Source: a virus. Taken from it: DNA of 64,000 bases. This document shows, piece after piece, positions 42,053-51,525 of the stretch (within the stretch, counting starts at the first letter, position 1; the number at the start of each line of letters is the position of its first letter). The stretch covers positions 1 to 64,000 of IMG/VR virus record IMGVR_UViG_3300020160_000328; one strand, written 5' to 3'. Under the pieces are notes generated by a model. The model saw only the letters and a list, made by a program, of their open reading frames with translations, did no database searches and had not been told where the DNA came from. The translations under genes and the position numbers were made by a program.

Positions 42053-44497
42053 TTATTTACTTGTTCTACTTTTTAACTGATTATTTTTTGCTTTAGCTAT
42101 AGTGTTCTTTTCTTTATCTAACTTAAGCTTTTCTTTATCCATTACTTTTTGATGTTGAAACTTATCTGAATCTAATTGTATCTTAGCACTTTTTAAGTTA
42201 GCATCTACTCCAAACTTAGCTACTTCCATAACATCAGGAGTTCCATCTTTATCAAGATCTTTATCTTCATTAAATCCAAGAGATAAGATAGTTTGTTTTT
42301 GTATCTCTCTATCAGTTTTAAGTTCTTCTTCTCTTTCCATCATAACCATTTCATGATCCCACTCTTCTCTTCTGAACTGTCTAGCTTTTTCTTCAGACTC
42401 AGCTTGTGCTTTCATTTTTTGTTGCTCAATAGATTGTTCTCTTTCAATTCTTTCTTTCTCTGCTTTCTTAAGTACTTCTTCTGCTTCTTGTGTAGACTCT
42501 GAGTTTAATATAACAAGTAAGTCTGACATTTCTAACATTTGATTTTGCATAGCTGCATGAGATAATTGTTGTATAGTTTGTAAAGTCTCTCCTGCTTTAG
42601 TAGAGTTAGATACAAATAAACCATATGTAGAGTTTTCTAATAAATCATAATCAGGTTGTAACATCTTAATAGACATATCATCTAATACATAAGATATACT
42701 TGCTGGTTGATATTCAGAATAAGCTACTTTAGCACATTCAATTAATGCTTGTAATACATTTCTTTTTATATTATTATGTATATCAAAGTAAGGTTCTAAT
42801 ATATTAGCAGATTGTACTAAAGCTTGTTGTGTATTTCTTACAGCTTCATCACCACTAATTTGACCTTCAATTTGTTTATTAATACCTACAGATTCTCCAC
42901 ATCTTCTCTCAAAGTATTCAGCTAACATTTGATACTTTTGTATATCAGATACTAAAGATAAATCTATTTCTTTAGCAGCTTCTCCCATGTTAGAGTTTCC
43001 TTTATTACCTTCTTCAGATGGATCCAATAGACCTATCTTATTTACTTTAAAGTAATACATCCATTTCTCAATGTCAAGTCCTGCTGACTTAGGTATTAAA
43101 TTAGAGTTAAGTAACAATGCTTTACCATCATCTGATGCCATAAGTAATTCTACTCTATACCATATAATATTAAACATATATTGGTAGTATTTCATTCTAT
43201 CTACAAGAGATGTAATTTCAGAGTTTAAGTTATCATATGCAGCACCTATATAAGATAATTTACAAGTGTGTAGATTATCTAAATCTTTATGTTGTCCAGG
43301 TACTTCTCTTAAGAAAGCATATTTATCTCTATCTATTAAATATCCTTCATATTTAGTAGGAATCCATTCTGTAGTAATTTCTGTATCACCTGCTTCAGGA
43401 TTTAATACATATGCTTCATCTACTATATCTTCATAAGGTAATCCTGTTTCAGGTTCTATACCTTTTAAAAACTTGAATGGTTTTAAAGATTTCCATTCAG
43501 CATGTAACACTCTAGTTCCTAACATACTATTAGTACCATCATTTCTAAATGTAAATGATTCATTAGGTAATGAACTAGCATGAGAATAATTTTTATAAAT
43601 ATCATCAATCTCATCTAAAGACAATTCAGATCCAAAGTATTTAACTACTTCAGATGGTGTCATATGTGTTTCATAACAAGCCCATTCTCCATCTTCTATA
43701 TAGTCTAACTCTGGAGATTTATCATAATCAAATCTTAAAGGATTAACTACTTTTACAGTAGGTTCACCATTGTAAGCTCCAACCCAAAAGATTTCTCTTC
43801 CTGATATAAGACCATGTTTCCAAGCTTTGTTAAATTTCATTTTAATATCTTCTTTTTGTATAAGATATTGTAACAACTGATGTGATAAAGCTTCTGCTGG
43901 ATCTTGATGTTCCCTCTCCATATATTTCTTTACTTCATCAGGAGTCATTGTTTGTAGTTCTTGTTGAACTTGTTCTTGTATTTTTTGTTCTTCATCTGGA
44001 GTTAATTTCTTACCATCAGTTGAAGCATATTTCTTTTCTATCTCAAGTTTGATAGGTTGCATTATTGAGTTTTGTACAAAATCTTTTAATCTACCAAATT
44101 CTTCTTGTTCTTTTCTTGTTGTAGCTTCTTTATTAGTAGCTACTATTTTCCAAGAGAAAGGTCTTTTCATTTCCATACCAAGTAAAGCTTTAATCTTTCC
44201 TGATATAATATCCTTATTAGTAAAGTCAACAGGTAATTCACCTACTCCTTCACCAAATGGACTACATACTTTTTCAAAGTCTGCTTTATTAATTATGTTA
44301 TTAAACAAATCATAATTAATTTTCATTCTTCTGTATTCACTAATTCCTGTGTTAGTTTCATTAAATCCAAACACACCTCCTTTAGTAAATGATACTTTAT
44401 CTAAGGTATTTATATTATCCTTAAACCATTGTTTATCATCTTTATTCTTCTGTGCTCTTGTTAATCTTTGTTCAGGATTAAATATTGTTTCTGACAT
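42053..44497 (-). CDS. Portal protein
   Basis: 814 aa; NYDLFN, KIKALLGME.KRPF, SLVDRMK.YQY; directly after TerL. Confidence 0.9.
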   Translation of the reverse strand: MSETIFNPEQRLTRAQKNKDDKQWFKDNINTLDKVSFTKGGVFGFNETNTGISEYRRMKINYDLFNNIINKADFEKVCSPFGEGVGELPVDFTNKDIISGKIKALLGMEMKRPFSWKIVATNKEATTRKEQEEFGRLKDFVQNSIMQPIKLEIEKKYASTDGKKLTPDEEQKIQEQVQQELQTMTPDEVKKYMEREHQDPAEALSHQLLQYLIQKEDIKMKFNKAWKHGLISGREIFWVGAYNGEPTVKVVNPLRFDYDKSPELDYIEDGEWACYETHMTPSEVVKYFGSELSLDEIDDIYKNYSHASSLPNESFTFRNDGTNSMLGTRVLHAEWKSLKPFKFLKGIEPETGLPYEDIVDEAYVLNPEAGDTEITTEWIPTKYEGYLIDRDKYAFLREVPGQHKDLDNLHTCKLSYIGAAYDNLNSEITSLVDRMKYYQYMFNIIWYRVELLMASDDGKALLLNSNLIPKSAGLDIEKWMYYFKVNKIGLLDPSEEGNKGNSNMGEAAKEIDLSLVSDIQKYQMLAEYFERRCGESVGINKQIEGQISGDEAVRNTQQALVQSANILEPYFDIHNNIKRNVLQALIECAKVAYSEYQPASISYVLDDMSIKMLQPDYDLLENSTYGLFVSNSTKAGETLQTIQQLSHAAMQNQMLEMSDLLVILNSESTQEAEEVLKKAEKERIEREQSIEQQKMKAQAESEEKARQFRREEWDHEMVMMEREEELKTDREIQKQTILSLGFNEDKDLDKDGTPDVMEVAKFGVDANLKSAKIQLDSDKFQHQKVMDKEKLKLDKEKNTIAKAKNNQLKSRTSK

Positions 44498-46720
44498 TTA
44501 TCTTCTTTTATTAAAATTATCTAACATTTTCATCATACTTTCTATAGCTTTATTACCTTTACTTGATACATATTCTTTTCCTAACTCATCTTCTTGTACT
44601 TGGAACATACACATCATAAATGCCATAACCCTATCAAAGTTACCTTTTCTATTATACTGTATCAGCTCTTCTAATAAACCAATAGAGTAAATTGTTTCTA
44701 AATTTAGAATAGGATTACCATGTTCATCATAATCTCTAACTTCTAACAACCAATCTTTTATATACTTTTCTCCTGCATCTTTTAATTGGTCTACCATGTG
44801 TATACCATATATCCTTGCTACAGTAGAGTTCTTTACATTTTTAGAAATAACAGCATCAGGTTGTACAGCTAATTGATTTAATCTCTTTATTCTTCTAAAG
44901 TAATTCTTAACATGTGTTACCTCATTCTCGTGCATTATCTCAGCATTGTATAATTCAGCTAACATAGAACCTATTCTATTTACATCATCTGCTTCTTGAG
45001 GTCTACCCACATACTCAGCTACTATTTTGTTATTAGTAAATGAACCTTTATGTGTAGTCTTATAAACATAAATTGCAGCAAGTGAAACACCTGAAGATAA
45101 ATCTTGTCTATAAGGGTCATACCCAATCTTATACAAACCTTTAGGAGGTAAATCTACTGGATACTCATAAATTAAAGGACATCCACTTAAGTCAGTTACT
45201 TTAGGTTTATAATCTAAAATAGGAGTTAACTTATTATTCAAATCTGGTTTAGCTATTACTTTACCTTCTTGTCTTTCTAATGTTACAGGTGTACCTTTCT
45301 TTAACTGTAGTTTCTCATGCTTTATTTTATTTAATTGATTTCTTAATTCTATTACTGGGAAGTTATTGGAACTTACAGTTAAGAATGCTTCAGCAGGTCC
45401 AAATGGAAACTCCTGTACATGTTTCTGTAATTCCATAGAAGAGGATGCTTTTTCAAGTATCTCTTTTCTTCTTTCCATTTCATATTCTGTAGCTCCTTCA
45501 ATATCTGAGTTACCTTGAGCATCATAGAATCCTTCCATATTCCATGTTACAGGGTGAAAGAATCCACATACTGTATTCTCTGCACCTTCATCCCATATAT
45601 TCATAAAAGGCATTAATCTATAAGCTTCAGGACTATAGAACATATCAGCATAATCTACTGTACCAGACTCCATATCTCCACCTGTTCCAAATATAATAAT
45701 TTGTCCAGTGATATATGAACCTCCTGTTAAGGCAGGGTAAATAGCATTGTATGCTTCTTTTAAATTAGGAAAAGCTCCAGCTTCTTCTAGTAATACAATT
45801 TTACCATCTTTACCCCTAGCAGCATCAGGATTATCTCTAAATGATAGAGCCATTACTTCAGACTTGTAACCTTTAATAATCTTTACTCCATTTACTACTT
45901 CTTCATATCCTGACTTCTTGTGATCTTGTTTATCTACAAGCATAGATTTAGACCAACCTGTATGTTGATTTAAGTAATTCAGATAATCTGAAGTCATACC
46001 CATAGTTCCTTTAGGATATAAGAACTTCTTCTCAAAAGCTCCTATAATAATCTGTGCATCCCTAACAGTGTTATATATATTTGCACATATAGCTCCATCT
46101 TTATAAGAATACCCTTTCCTTCTAGATTTACCTACAATCATATGATAACCACCACTTACATAATCTAAATGTGGTTTTACTTTTAATGCTAGTCTATTAA
46201 GAACTTTTTGAGATACTTTATCTCTAGCTTCTTTTAATGTATAATAATCTGTAGACTTTTTATAGTCTGAACCAAGTTCTTTTTTTAAGTTTTTAAGTTG
46301 TCTTTGATAACTTCTATATTCTAATTTCTCTTCATCTGTAGAAGGTACTTGAGAACTCTTAGTAAATAAACCATTCTTAGCTATTTCTAAACTCCAAAAG
46401 TAATCATAATCTCCATCCCAAAAGTCAGGGTTTCTAGTTTCTTTTGTAGCTACTACTGAATCCTCATCTTCTTCATCTTCAACAACTATTTGTATTTGAG
46501 TAAAGTTTAAATAAAAGTAATGGTTTCCTGTTATCTTATGTCCTCCAACTTCATATCCTACAATACATCTTTTAAGTTGTTCTTCCCAATAAGCATACCA
46601 ATCAGGAGTACCTGTAGGAGAAGAACAATAAGAACCATTCTTTTGGAACCTTATAGCTTCTTCTCTAAATACTGCTGAGTTTAACCACTTACCATTATTA
46701 TCTCTAATCTCTAATGACAT
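44498..46720 (-). CDS. terL: Terminase large subunit
   Basis: ITGNHYFYLNF, Walker A KSRRKGYS, Walker B LLEEAG, FGTGG, nuclease GYDPY, GNFDRV. Confidence 0.95.
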   Translation of the reverse strand: MSLEIRDNNGKWLNSAVFREEAIRFQKNGSYCSSPTGTPDWYAYWEEQLKRCIVGYEVGGHKITGNHYFYLNFTQIQIVVEDEEDEDSVVATKETRNPDFWDGDYDYFWSLEIAKNGLFTKSSQVPSTDEEKLEYRSYQRQLKNLKKELGSDYKKSTDYYTLKEARDKVSQKVLNRLALKVKPHLDYVSGGYHMIVGKSRRKGYSYKDGAICANIYNTVRDAQIIIGAFEKKFLYPKGTMGMTSDYLNYLNQHTGWSKSMLVDKQDHKKSGYEEVVNGVKIIKGYKSEVMALSFRDNPDAARGKDGKIVLLEEAGAFPNLKEAYNAIYPALTGGSYITGQIIIFGTGGDMESGTVDYADMFYSPEAYRLMPFMNIWDEGAENTVCGFFHPVTWNMEGFYDAQGNSDIEGATEYEMERRKEILEKASSSMELQKHVQEFPFGPAEAFLTVSSNNFPVIELRNQLNKIKHEKLQLKKGTPVTLERQEGKVIAKPDLNNKLTPILDYKPKVTDLSGCPLIYEYPVDLPPKGLYKIGYDPYRQDLSSGVSLAAIYVYKTTHKGSFTNNKIVAEYVGRPQEADDVNRIGSMLAELYNAEIMHENEVTHVKNYFRRIKRLNQLAVQPDAVISKNVKNSTVARIYGIHMVDQLKDAGEKYIKDWLLEVRDYDEHGNPILNLETIYSIGLLEELIQYNRKGNFDRVMAFMMCMFQVQEDELGKEYVSSKGNKAIESMMKMLDNFNKRR

Positions 46721-46958
46721 AAAACATACTAGATTCCAAATCTCTTAAATAAAGAAATTCTCTGTTATCAATTGTTATAGGTTCTGTAAAGGATTCTCTA
46801 AATACTACTTTACAACCTTTTAAATCTGTATGCACTTCTCCTGCATACACTATAATACCTGTATTAGGTTTCTTATCTTCAACACCTAAAATCAAAGATT
46901 TAGTTGCTGGAATATCTCTCTCAATTATTACTGAATGTTTTGGTAATTCTATATTCAT
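46704..46958 (-). CDS. groES: GroES/Cpn10-like co-chaperonin
   Basis: 84 aa; VIIER..., ILG...KPNTGIIVYAG, VVF, ITIDNREFLYLR pattern. Confidence 0.65.
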   Translation of the reverse strand: MNIELPKHSVIIERDIPATKSLILGVEDKKPNTGIIVYAGEVHTDLKGCKVVFRESFTEPITIDNREFLYLRDLESSMFYVIRD

Positions 46959-46978
46959 TATTTACTTATTAAGAAATG

Positions 46979-46986
46979 CAAAGATA
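46979..46986 (-). promoter_or_regulatory. Bacteroidota-type -7 element (TATCTTTG) upstream of groES-terL
   Basis: TAnnTTTG in the intergenic gap. Confidence 0.55.
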
Positions 46987-46990
46987 CACT

Positions 46991-47545
46991 TTACATTTCA
47001 AATGGGTTAATTACTTTGTTACTTTTTGTTTTAGTTTGTTCAAACAATTCCTGTTCTACTTTATCTTTCATACTATTTAAGTTCTGTAAAACTTTATCAG
47101 TATCTGTCATAGCAGAGGTAATATCTCTAGGTTTATAAATAGGTAAACCTGTTCTTTCACTTCTTTCTGTAATATCAAATGTATTAAAGAAGTTTTTCAT
47201 CTTCTCTGCTGCTTGTAATACTGATGTATAGTAAGAATAAGTAGGTGAAGCTTCTTTATGAAATTCACTCATCTTAATTAAACCTTGCTCTAATAATGTA
47301 TCAGGTTGCCACTCACTATCAAAGTATATTTGTTGCAGTTTCTCAAATCTTATTTCATCAGAATATCCTGCATAAGGATTACTCTTTTTCTTTGAAGACA
47401 TTAACTCTATAAAAGTAAACTCCTTTATAGCTCTAGATTTATCTGATGTTGTATCTCTCTCCCATATCTCCTTGAAGGGAGATATGAGTAGAGTTTCTAC
47501 ATTTGGTTTTGCTACTGCATTTTCTACTACAAATAAAAATGCCAT
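46991..47545 (-). CDS. Conserved crAss-like protein upstream of TerL (small terminase candidate)
   Basis: LLISPFKEIWERD..DKS.A..EF.FI, GLPIYKP.DI. Confidence 0.5.
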   Translation of the reverse strand: MAFLFVVENAVAKPNVETLLISPFKEIWERDTTSDKSRAIKEFTFIELMSSKKKSNPYAGYSDEIRFEKLQQIYFDSEWQPDTLLEQGLIKMSEFHKEASPTYSYYTSVLQAAEKMKNFFNTFDITERSERTGLPIYKPRDITSAMTDTDKVLQNLNSMKDKVEQELFEQTKTKSNKVINPFEM

Positions 47546-47546
47546 A

Positions 47547-47918
47547 TTATAGTTCTGGGTTTGTTAAAGCTTTAACTACAAAATAAGTTGATTTCTCTAC
47601 TTCTGTTTGTGCTAATGAGACTTCTCTAAAGAAGTCTGCTGATATAGCTTTAAATGATTGTTCATCCATTTCATAGAACTTATATGCAAAATCATTTTTC
47701 TTAGCTTCTAAATAATCTATAAGATTAGCAGCTCCTTCTTTTACTTTATATACTTCTGATTCATCTTCAGAGTTATAAGTAATTCTCATTCTTCTCTCTC
47801 CTAAAGTAGGTTTATATACTTCAGTTTCTACTACTTCATTTTCTTTTTGTTCTTGAAGTTTAGCTAGCATCATTAAGAATGCTATAGCTTTCATTTTTTC
47901 TTCTACTTGTGTGTTCAT
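47547..47918 (-). CDS. Acb2/Tad1-like helical hairpin protein (putative anti-defence sponge)
   Basis: TLGERRMRITYN...KEGAANLID...REVSLAQTEVEKSTYFVVKALT. Confidence 0.5.
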   Translation of the reverse strand: MNTQVEEKMKAIAFLMMLAKLQEQKENEVVETEVYKPTLGERRMRITYNSEDESEVYKVKEGAANLIDYLEAKKNDFAYKFYEMDEQSFKAISADFFREVSLAQTEVEKSTYFVVKALTNPEL

Positions 47919-47920
47919 AA

Positions 47921-48403
47921 TTATAAATTTATAAAATTAGTTCCTGTTATAAAATCTTTGTTTTTGTGTTTTGTTTTTATTTGTTGTAGTGTTAAACCTT
48001 TTGTTTTCTCAAAGTGTGGCATATCTTTAAATGTTCTCCAATCTCCACCCCATGAATATCCTGCTTTCTTAAATACCTGTACTACTTCCATCCAATCAGA
48101 TTGTTGATCTTTATCCCAATCTTTCTTAGTATCCCATGAAGCTTCTTTACCATTTATAATTAACACAATGTCTATAGCTAATCCATAATTATGAATACTA
48201 TCTCCACCTTTAGCATTAGTTACTTTAGGTACTTGTTTAAACAAAGCATCCTGTTCTGCAAAGGTTCTTAAACCTTGAGCAATTCTTACTTTAGAATTTC
48301 CTGTTAGTACAGTACTATTAATATTATCTACTAATTTAGTTACTTCATTTTTTATTAAAGGATGAAGCTTTCCTATTTTTTCTTGTGATGCTTTATCTAC
48401 CAT
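47921..48403 (-). CDS. Endolysin, peptidase M15 family
   Basis: GLRTFAEQDALF, SIHNYGLAID (SxHxxGxAxD), WGGDW, DMPHFE. Confidence 0.92.
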   Translation of the reverse strand: MVDKASQEKIGKLHPLIKNEVTKLVDNINSTVLTGNSKVRIAQGLRTFAEQDALFKQVPKVTNAKGGDSIHNYGLAIDIVLIINGKEASWDTKKDWDKDQQSDWMEVVQVFKKAGYSWGGDWRTFKDMPHFEKTKGLTLQQIKTKHKNKDFITGTNFINL

Positions 48404-48705
48404 TACTTTGTTACTTTAGCTGTAAAACTTAATATTTCTTGACTGCTATCTTTATATGTTATAGTTATAACTTTTCTTATATCCTGCCAACCAGGATTAT
48501 GTATTAAATGTTTAGGTATACTTTGTGCATGATACTCTACAACAAGTTTAGTATCATCATAAGTTTTAACTGTAGTACATGAACCACAGTTAGGTGTAAT
48601 ACTAAATACATCTTCTATCTTTAGTTCATTAAGATAATATATTAATGTATGTCTAGTATTTTCTTTTATGGTCCCTAAATTTATGTAGTAATCTTTCCAT
48701 TTCAT
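48403..48705 (-). CDS. Ig-like (DUF1573-like) small protein
   Basis: NLGTI...PNCGSCT...LSFTAKV. Confidence 0.5.
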   Translation of the reverse strand: MKWKDYYINLGTIKENTRHTLIYYLNELKIEDVFSITPNCGSCTTVKTYDDTKLVVEYHAQSIPKHLIHNPGWQDIRKVITITYKDSSQEILSFTAKVTK

Positions 48706-49061
48706 TTTCCTAATACTTTAAAGATTAGTTTATCTTTATTTAGATTCCAAATAATATTGTTCTTTTTATCAAACCACATACCACCTAATTTTAACCATTT
48801 CCAATTAGATTTATTCTGCATTACAGGATAGCAAGGCTTATCACATTCCTTATTACTCATTTGTAATGCTGTAGTATTACAACCACACAATTTACATTGA
48901 CCTGTAGTGTAACAATCTAAATCCATAGAGTTTATTCTATATTGTATTTGTTCTCTAATATGTTTAGGTATTAAGAAACTAAATTTAGAATAATATAATT
49001 GGTATCTTATATTTCCTTGTATATAAGCTTTTATGTTTTTTAAATTAATTTGTGCTTTCAT
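48702..49061 (-). CDS. Cys-rich conserved phage protein
   Basis: C...GQCKLCGC...C...CYP. Confidence 0.55.
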   Translation of the reverse strand: MKAQINLKNIKAYIQGNIRYQLYYSKFSFLIPKHIREQIQYRINSMDLDCYTTGQCKLCGCNTTALQMSNKECDKPCYPVMQNKSNWKWLKLGGMWFDKKNNIIWNLNKDKLIFKVLGK

Positions 49062-49344
49062 AACTATCTAATACTTTAAGTCTTTCTAAATATCTTCTTT
49101 CTGATATTAAACCATTCTTGTAATTTTCTTCAATTACACTTCTACTATATTTGATTCTACTTTTAGATACCTCAAATACACCAAAATATTGTAATCTAAT
49201 ATCTCTTAGTATACCACTTGTAAATGCTTTTCTAACCATCTTAAAAGGACTAGAGCATATTAATCTAAATTCTTCTATATCTATAGAATCATTAAACTCA
49301 CTTAGTTCATAGTATTCTTCTATTGTAGTTAGAGTTGATTCCAT
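49045..49344 (-). CDS. HU/IHF-like protein
   Basis: IRLQYFGVFEV resembles the HU beta-arm. Confidence 0.5.
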   Translation of the reverse strand: MESTLTTIEEYYELSEFNDSIDIEEFRLICSSPFKMVRKAFTSGILRDIRLQYFGVFEVSKSRIKYSRSVIEENYKNGLISERRYLERLKVLDSYESTN

Positions 49345-49739
49345 TAGTATATCAATTTACTATTATTCTGATTCTTTCTTATTTCTGTTTGTGCCATATC
49401 ATAGATATTAATATCTGTAGGTGTAGCAACTTCTTCTTGAACCTTCTCTTCAGCTCTAGCTTTTAGAGCTACTTGTCTTAAAGCATCTATATTTTCTATT
49501 TCAGTCATAAACTTACTTAGGAAAATCTCTAGTTGTGAGAGTGTAATTCTAAAGAGTAAAGACTCCCAATTGATATCTACCTCTTCTATACCTTTAGATT
49601 CATCTGTAAACTTATAGAATAAATCTTTTCTTTCTGTAGCATTAGCTTTTTCATATAAAGCTTTAGGTCCAATTTCTTTGATATACTCTAGAATAAACAT
49701 TCTAGTTATCAGGTTGGATGGGTGTTCTAGTTTAAACAT
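49344..49739 (-). CDS. Hypothetical protein
   Basis: 131-aa ORF, translationally coupled to its neighbours. Confidence 0.55.
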   Translation of the reverse strand: MFKLEHPSNLITRMFILEYIKEIGPKALYEKANATERKDLFYKFTDESKGIEEVDINWESLLFRITLSQLEIFLSKFMTEIENIDALRQVALKARAEEKVQEEVATPTDINIYDMAQTEIRKNQNNSKLIY

Positions 49740-49941
49740 TTTCTTCTCTACTTAAATTATCTAATTGTCTTAAAAAGTCAGCCTGTGTTGTTGGTTGAGT
49801 TGTTGGTTGTAATCTTATAAACTTTATAGGTTTATCTTTTGTGTGTCTTGGCTCCTGAAGTAAATCTTCTACCTCTTTTAGATTAGGAGAGGTTGTGTTG
49901 GTAACCCATAGACCATTTGGTATTATAGATACATTATTCAT
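49732..49941 (-). CDS. Hypothetical protein
   Basis: 69-aa ORF overlapping both neighbours by 8 nt. Confidence 0.5.
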   Translation of the reverse strand: MNNVSIIPNGLWVTNTTSPNLKEVEDLLQEPRHTKDKPIKFIRLQPTTQPTTQADFLRQLDNLSREENV

Positions 49942-50284
49942 TTATCTCTAGTTTAAATTGATATCCTTGTACTTTCTCATTAGGTATAAGAATAGGTAAA
50001 ATCTTTATGTTCTTCTCATCACCATAAATAAATTTCTTATTCTTTAATTGTTCTAAGTAGTTTCCTAAACCACCCGCAGAGATTCCTAATTTCTCTCTTA
50101 CTATTTTTCTACCTGAAGTACCAAAAGGTTCTCTAGATATATCTCCTTGTAATGACATGAATGCAGCAAGTACTTCTGCTTCTTTAGGTGTCATTTGAAT
50201 TGGAAGAATATGATTTATTAAAAGCAAGTGCTTTTTGTAATACTCTTCTCTGTTTAACTGTAATGCTTTTTTGATTATTTCCAT
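49934..50284 (-). CDS. Winged-helix DNA-binding protein
   Basis: MTPKEAEVL...VREKLGISAGGLGNYLEQLKNKKFI. Confidence 0.65.
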   Translation of the reverse strand: MEIIKKALQLNREEYYKKHLLLINHILPIQMTPKEAEVLAAFMSLQGDISREPFGTSGRKIVREKLGISAGGLGNYLEQLKNKKFIYGDEKNIKILPILIPNEKVQGYQFKLEINE

Positions 50285-50595
50285 TTCATAAATTGTCTTA
50301 TTGCTTGACTAAACATATTATTGTTTACTTCAAATTGTTTATGGTCCATAACAAACATATAATTACCATCTACAGATTCATCATGATATCTTGTGCAATT
50401 AATACAATGTATAATTTCCATAACTTCATGACAAATTATCATAAATACTGAGCCTGGGTCTCTATCTAAATGAAGAGTACCTATAGCTATACTTCTATCT
50501 TTAAAAGCAAAGCTTTCACCACCATGTTCTTTATGGTAAGTAACTGTAAATGTCATATGACCTATTTCTACTTTCTTTGGTAACTTTAATTCCAT
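50275..50595 (-). CDS. Small zincin-like protein; likely start 50595 (MELKLPKKV)
   Basis: P..VEIG...F.V and ICHEVMEIIH. The -7 element TATCTTTG (50600-50607) lies 4 nt upstream of this ATG. Confidence 0.55.
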   Translation of the reverse strand: MELKLPKKVEIGHMTFTVTYHKEHGGESFAFKDRSIAIGTLHLDRDPGSVFMIICHEVMEIIHCINCTRYHDESVDGNYMFVMDHKQFEVNNNMFSQAIRQFMKWK

Positions 50596-50719
50596 GCTGC
50601 AAAGATAATACTTATTTTTAAACTGCAAAGAAAAATATTAAAAATATTTAATAAAAATATTAACTGTTCTTATAAACTATATAAATGTAGTCTAATTGCT
50701 AAAATAATTTTTAAAACAC

Positions 50720-50750
50720 TTGCATCTTAAAAATAAAAGAACTAACTTTG
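50720..50750 (+). promoter_or_regulatory. Full Bacteroidota sigma70 promoter
   Basis: TTG (50720-50722), 20-nt spacer, TAACTTTG (50743-50750). Confidence 0.7.
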
Positions 50751-50754
50751 CGTA

Positions 50755-50893
50755 CTCAAGTTTGAGAAACAAACTTAGAAACTAGCTAGAGTTTCTGAGA
50801 TAGGTGTGTTTATAAGAGAGGAAAGAACTCTTTGTTAGATATTGTTTTAGTTATAAGAATTGCTAACCTTTGTAGAAATACAAAGGTTTTTTT
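50755..50893 (+). ncRNA. Candidate small RNA at the late/early divergence point
   Basis: Bounded by the promoter and an intrinsic terminator (AACCTTTGTA-GAAA-TACAAAGGTT-T run); three internal hairpins; no credible ORF. Confidence 0.45.
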
Positions 50894-51039
50894 GTTTTAT
50901 ATAACTAGCCACCAAAATTTTTTAAAATAAAATTATTAGAAAGATTGTGTGTATGTGAATGTCCCTACACCAACCACCCCCACTTATTTCAGAACCTAAA
51001 TACCCCCACCTATGTTTAGTAACCTTAAATAAACTTCCC

Positions 51040-51213
51040 GTGAAAGATATTCTTACCTATTTATATGTTGTTGTGATGTTCTTCCTGAGCTTGTTAGCTT
51101 GGTCTTCACAGTCTTGTCTGTTCTACACACTGTTGTGTGTGTGGTGTGCACCCTATGTGGTGTGGTACTGTGTCAAGCTTTACAAGGATATTGTGTTGTA
51201 CTTTAATGTATGA
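51040..51213 (+). CDS. Small hydrophobic protein (GTG start suggested)
   Basis: Hydrophobic 3' part of the 84-aa ORF, downstream of a motif copy. Confidence 0.35.
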   Translation: MKDILTYLYVVVMFFLSLLAWSSQSCLFYTLLCVWCAPYVVWYCVKLYKDIVLYFNV

Positions 51214-51298
51214 TATAATAACCCAATACGCACATATGAATACCCTCACTTATGTGGGATACAATTAACCTAATGTCTAATCCTTAACACTCTACATC

Positions 51299-51373
51299 AT
51301 GCGTACATTCTATGTATTACCTAATGGAGTTATAGCTATCTCAAGAGAGACTGCTATTAACTACAAGAACTAA
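51299..51373 (+). CDS. 24-aa micro-ORF MRTFYVLPNGVIAISRETAINYKN
   Basis: ATG about 45 nt after a motif copy. Confidence 0.35.
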   Translation: MRTFYVLPNGVIAISRETAINYKN

Positions 51374-51525
51374 CAGTATGTCTAACATACAGTGATTTAT
51401 ACACAACACACATTGCTCATATGTGTGTTGTTATATTTTACATATTAACACACACTAAATACCCTCACTTATTTTTGCGTGTAGTACGCAATTAAAATCA
51501 TTTATAATCTTTAATTAATTACATT

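Larger units (their letters stand above)
50971..51474 (+). repeat. Four copies of an AATACCCYCACYTATKT-like motif (candidate phage early promoters)
   Basis: Copies at ~50971-50989 (degenerate), 50998-51015, 51239-51255 and 51457-51474. Confidence 0.65.

Noticed and set aside
46170-46380. Intein or intron in terL (charged insertion before Walker A)
   Set aside because: No C/S...HN splice motifs or endonuclease motifs, and the frame is continuous
5855-47950. Many short plus-strand ORFs opposite the structural genes
   Set aside because: They are antisense shadows of long minus-strand genes, with no motifs or start context
1-50600. Genome-wide TAG or TGA reassignment
   Set aside because: The 4879-aa and 2039-aa ORFs are intact in the standard code, and only one in-frame TAG was found
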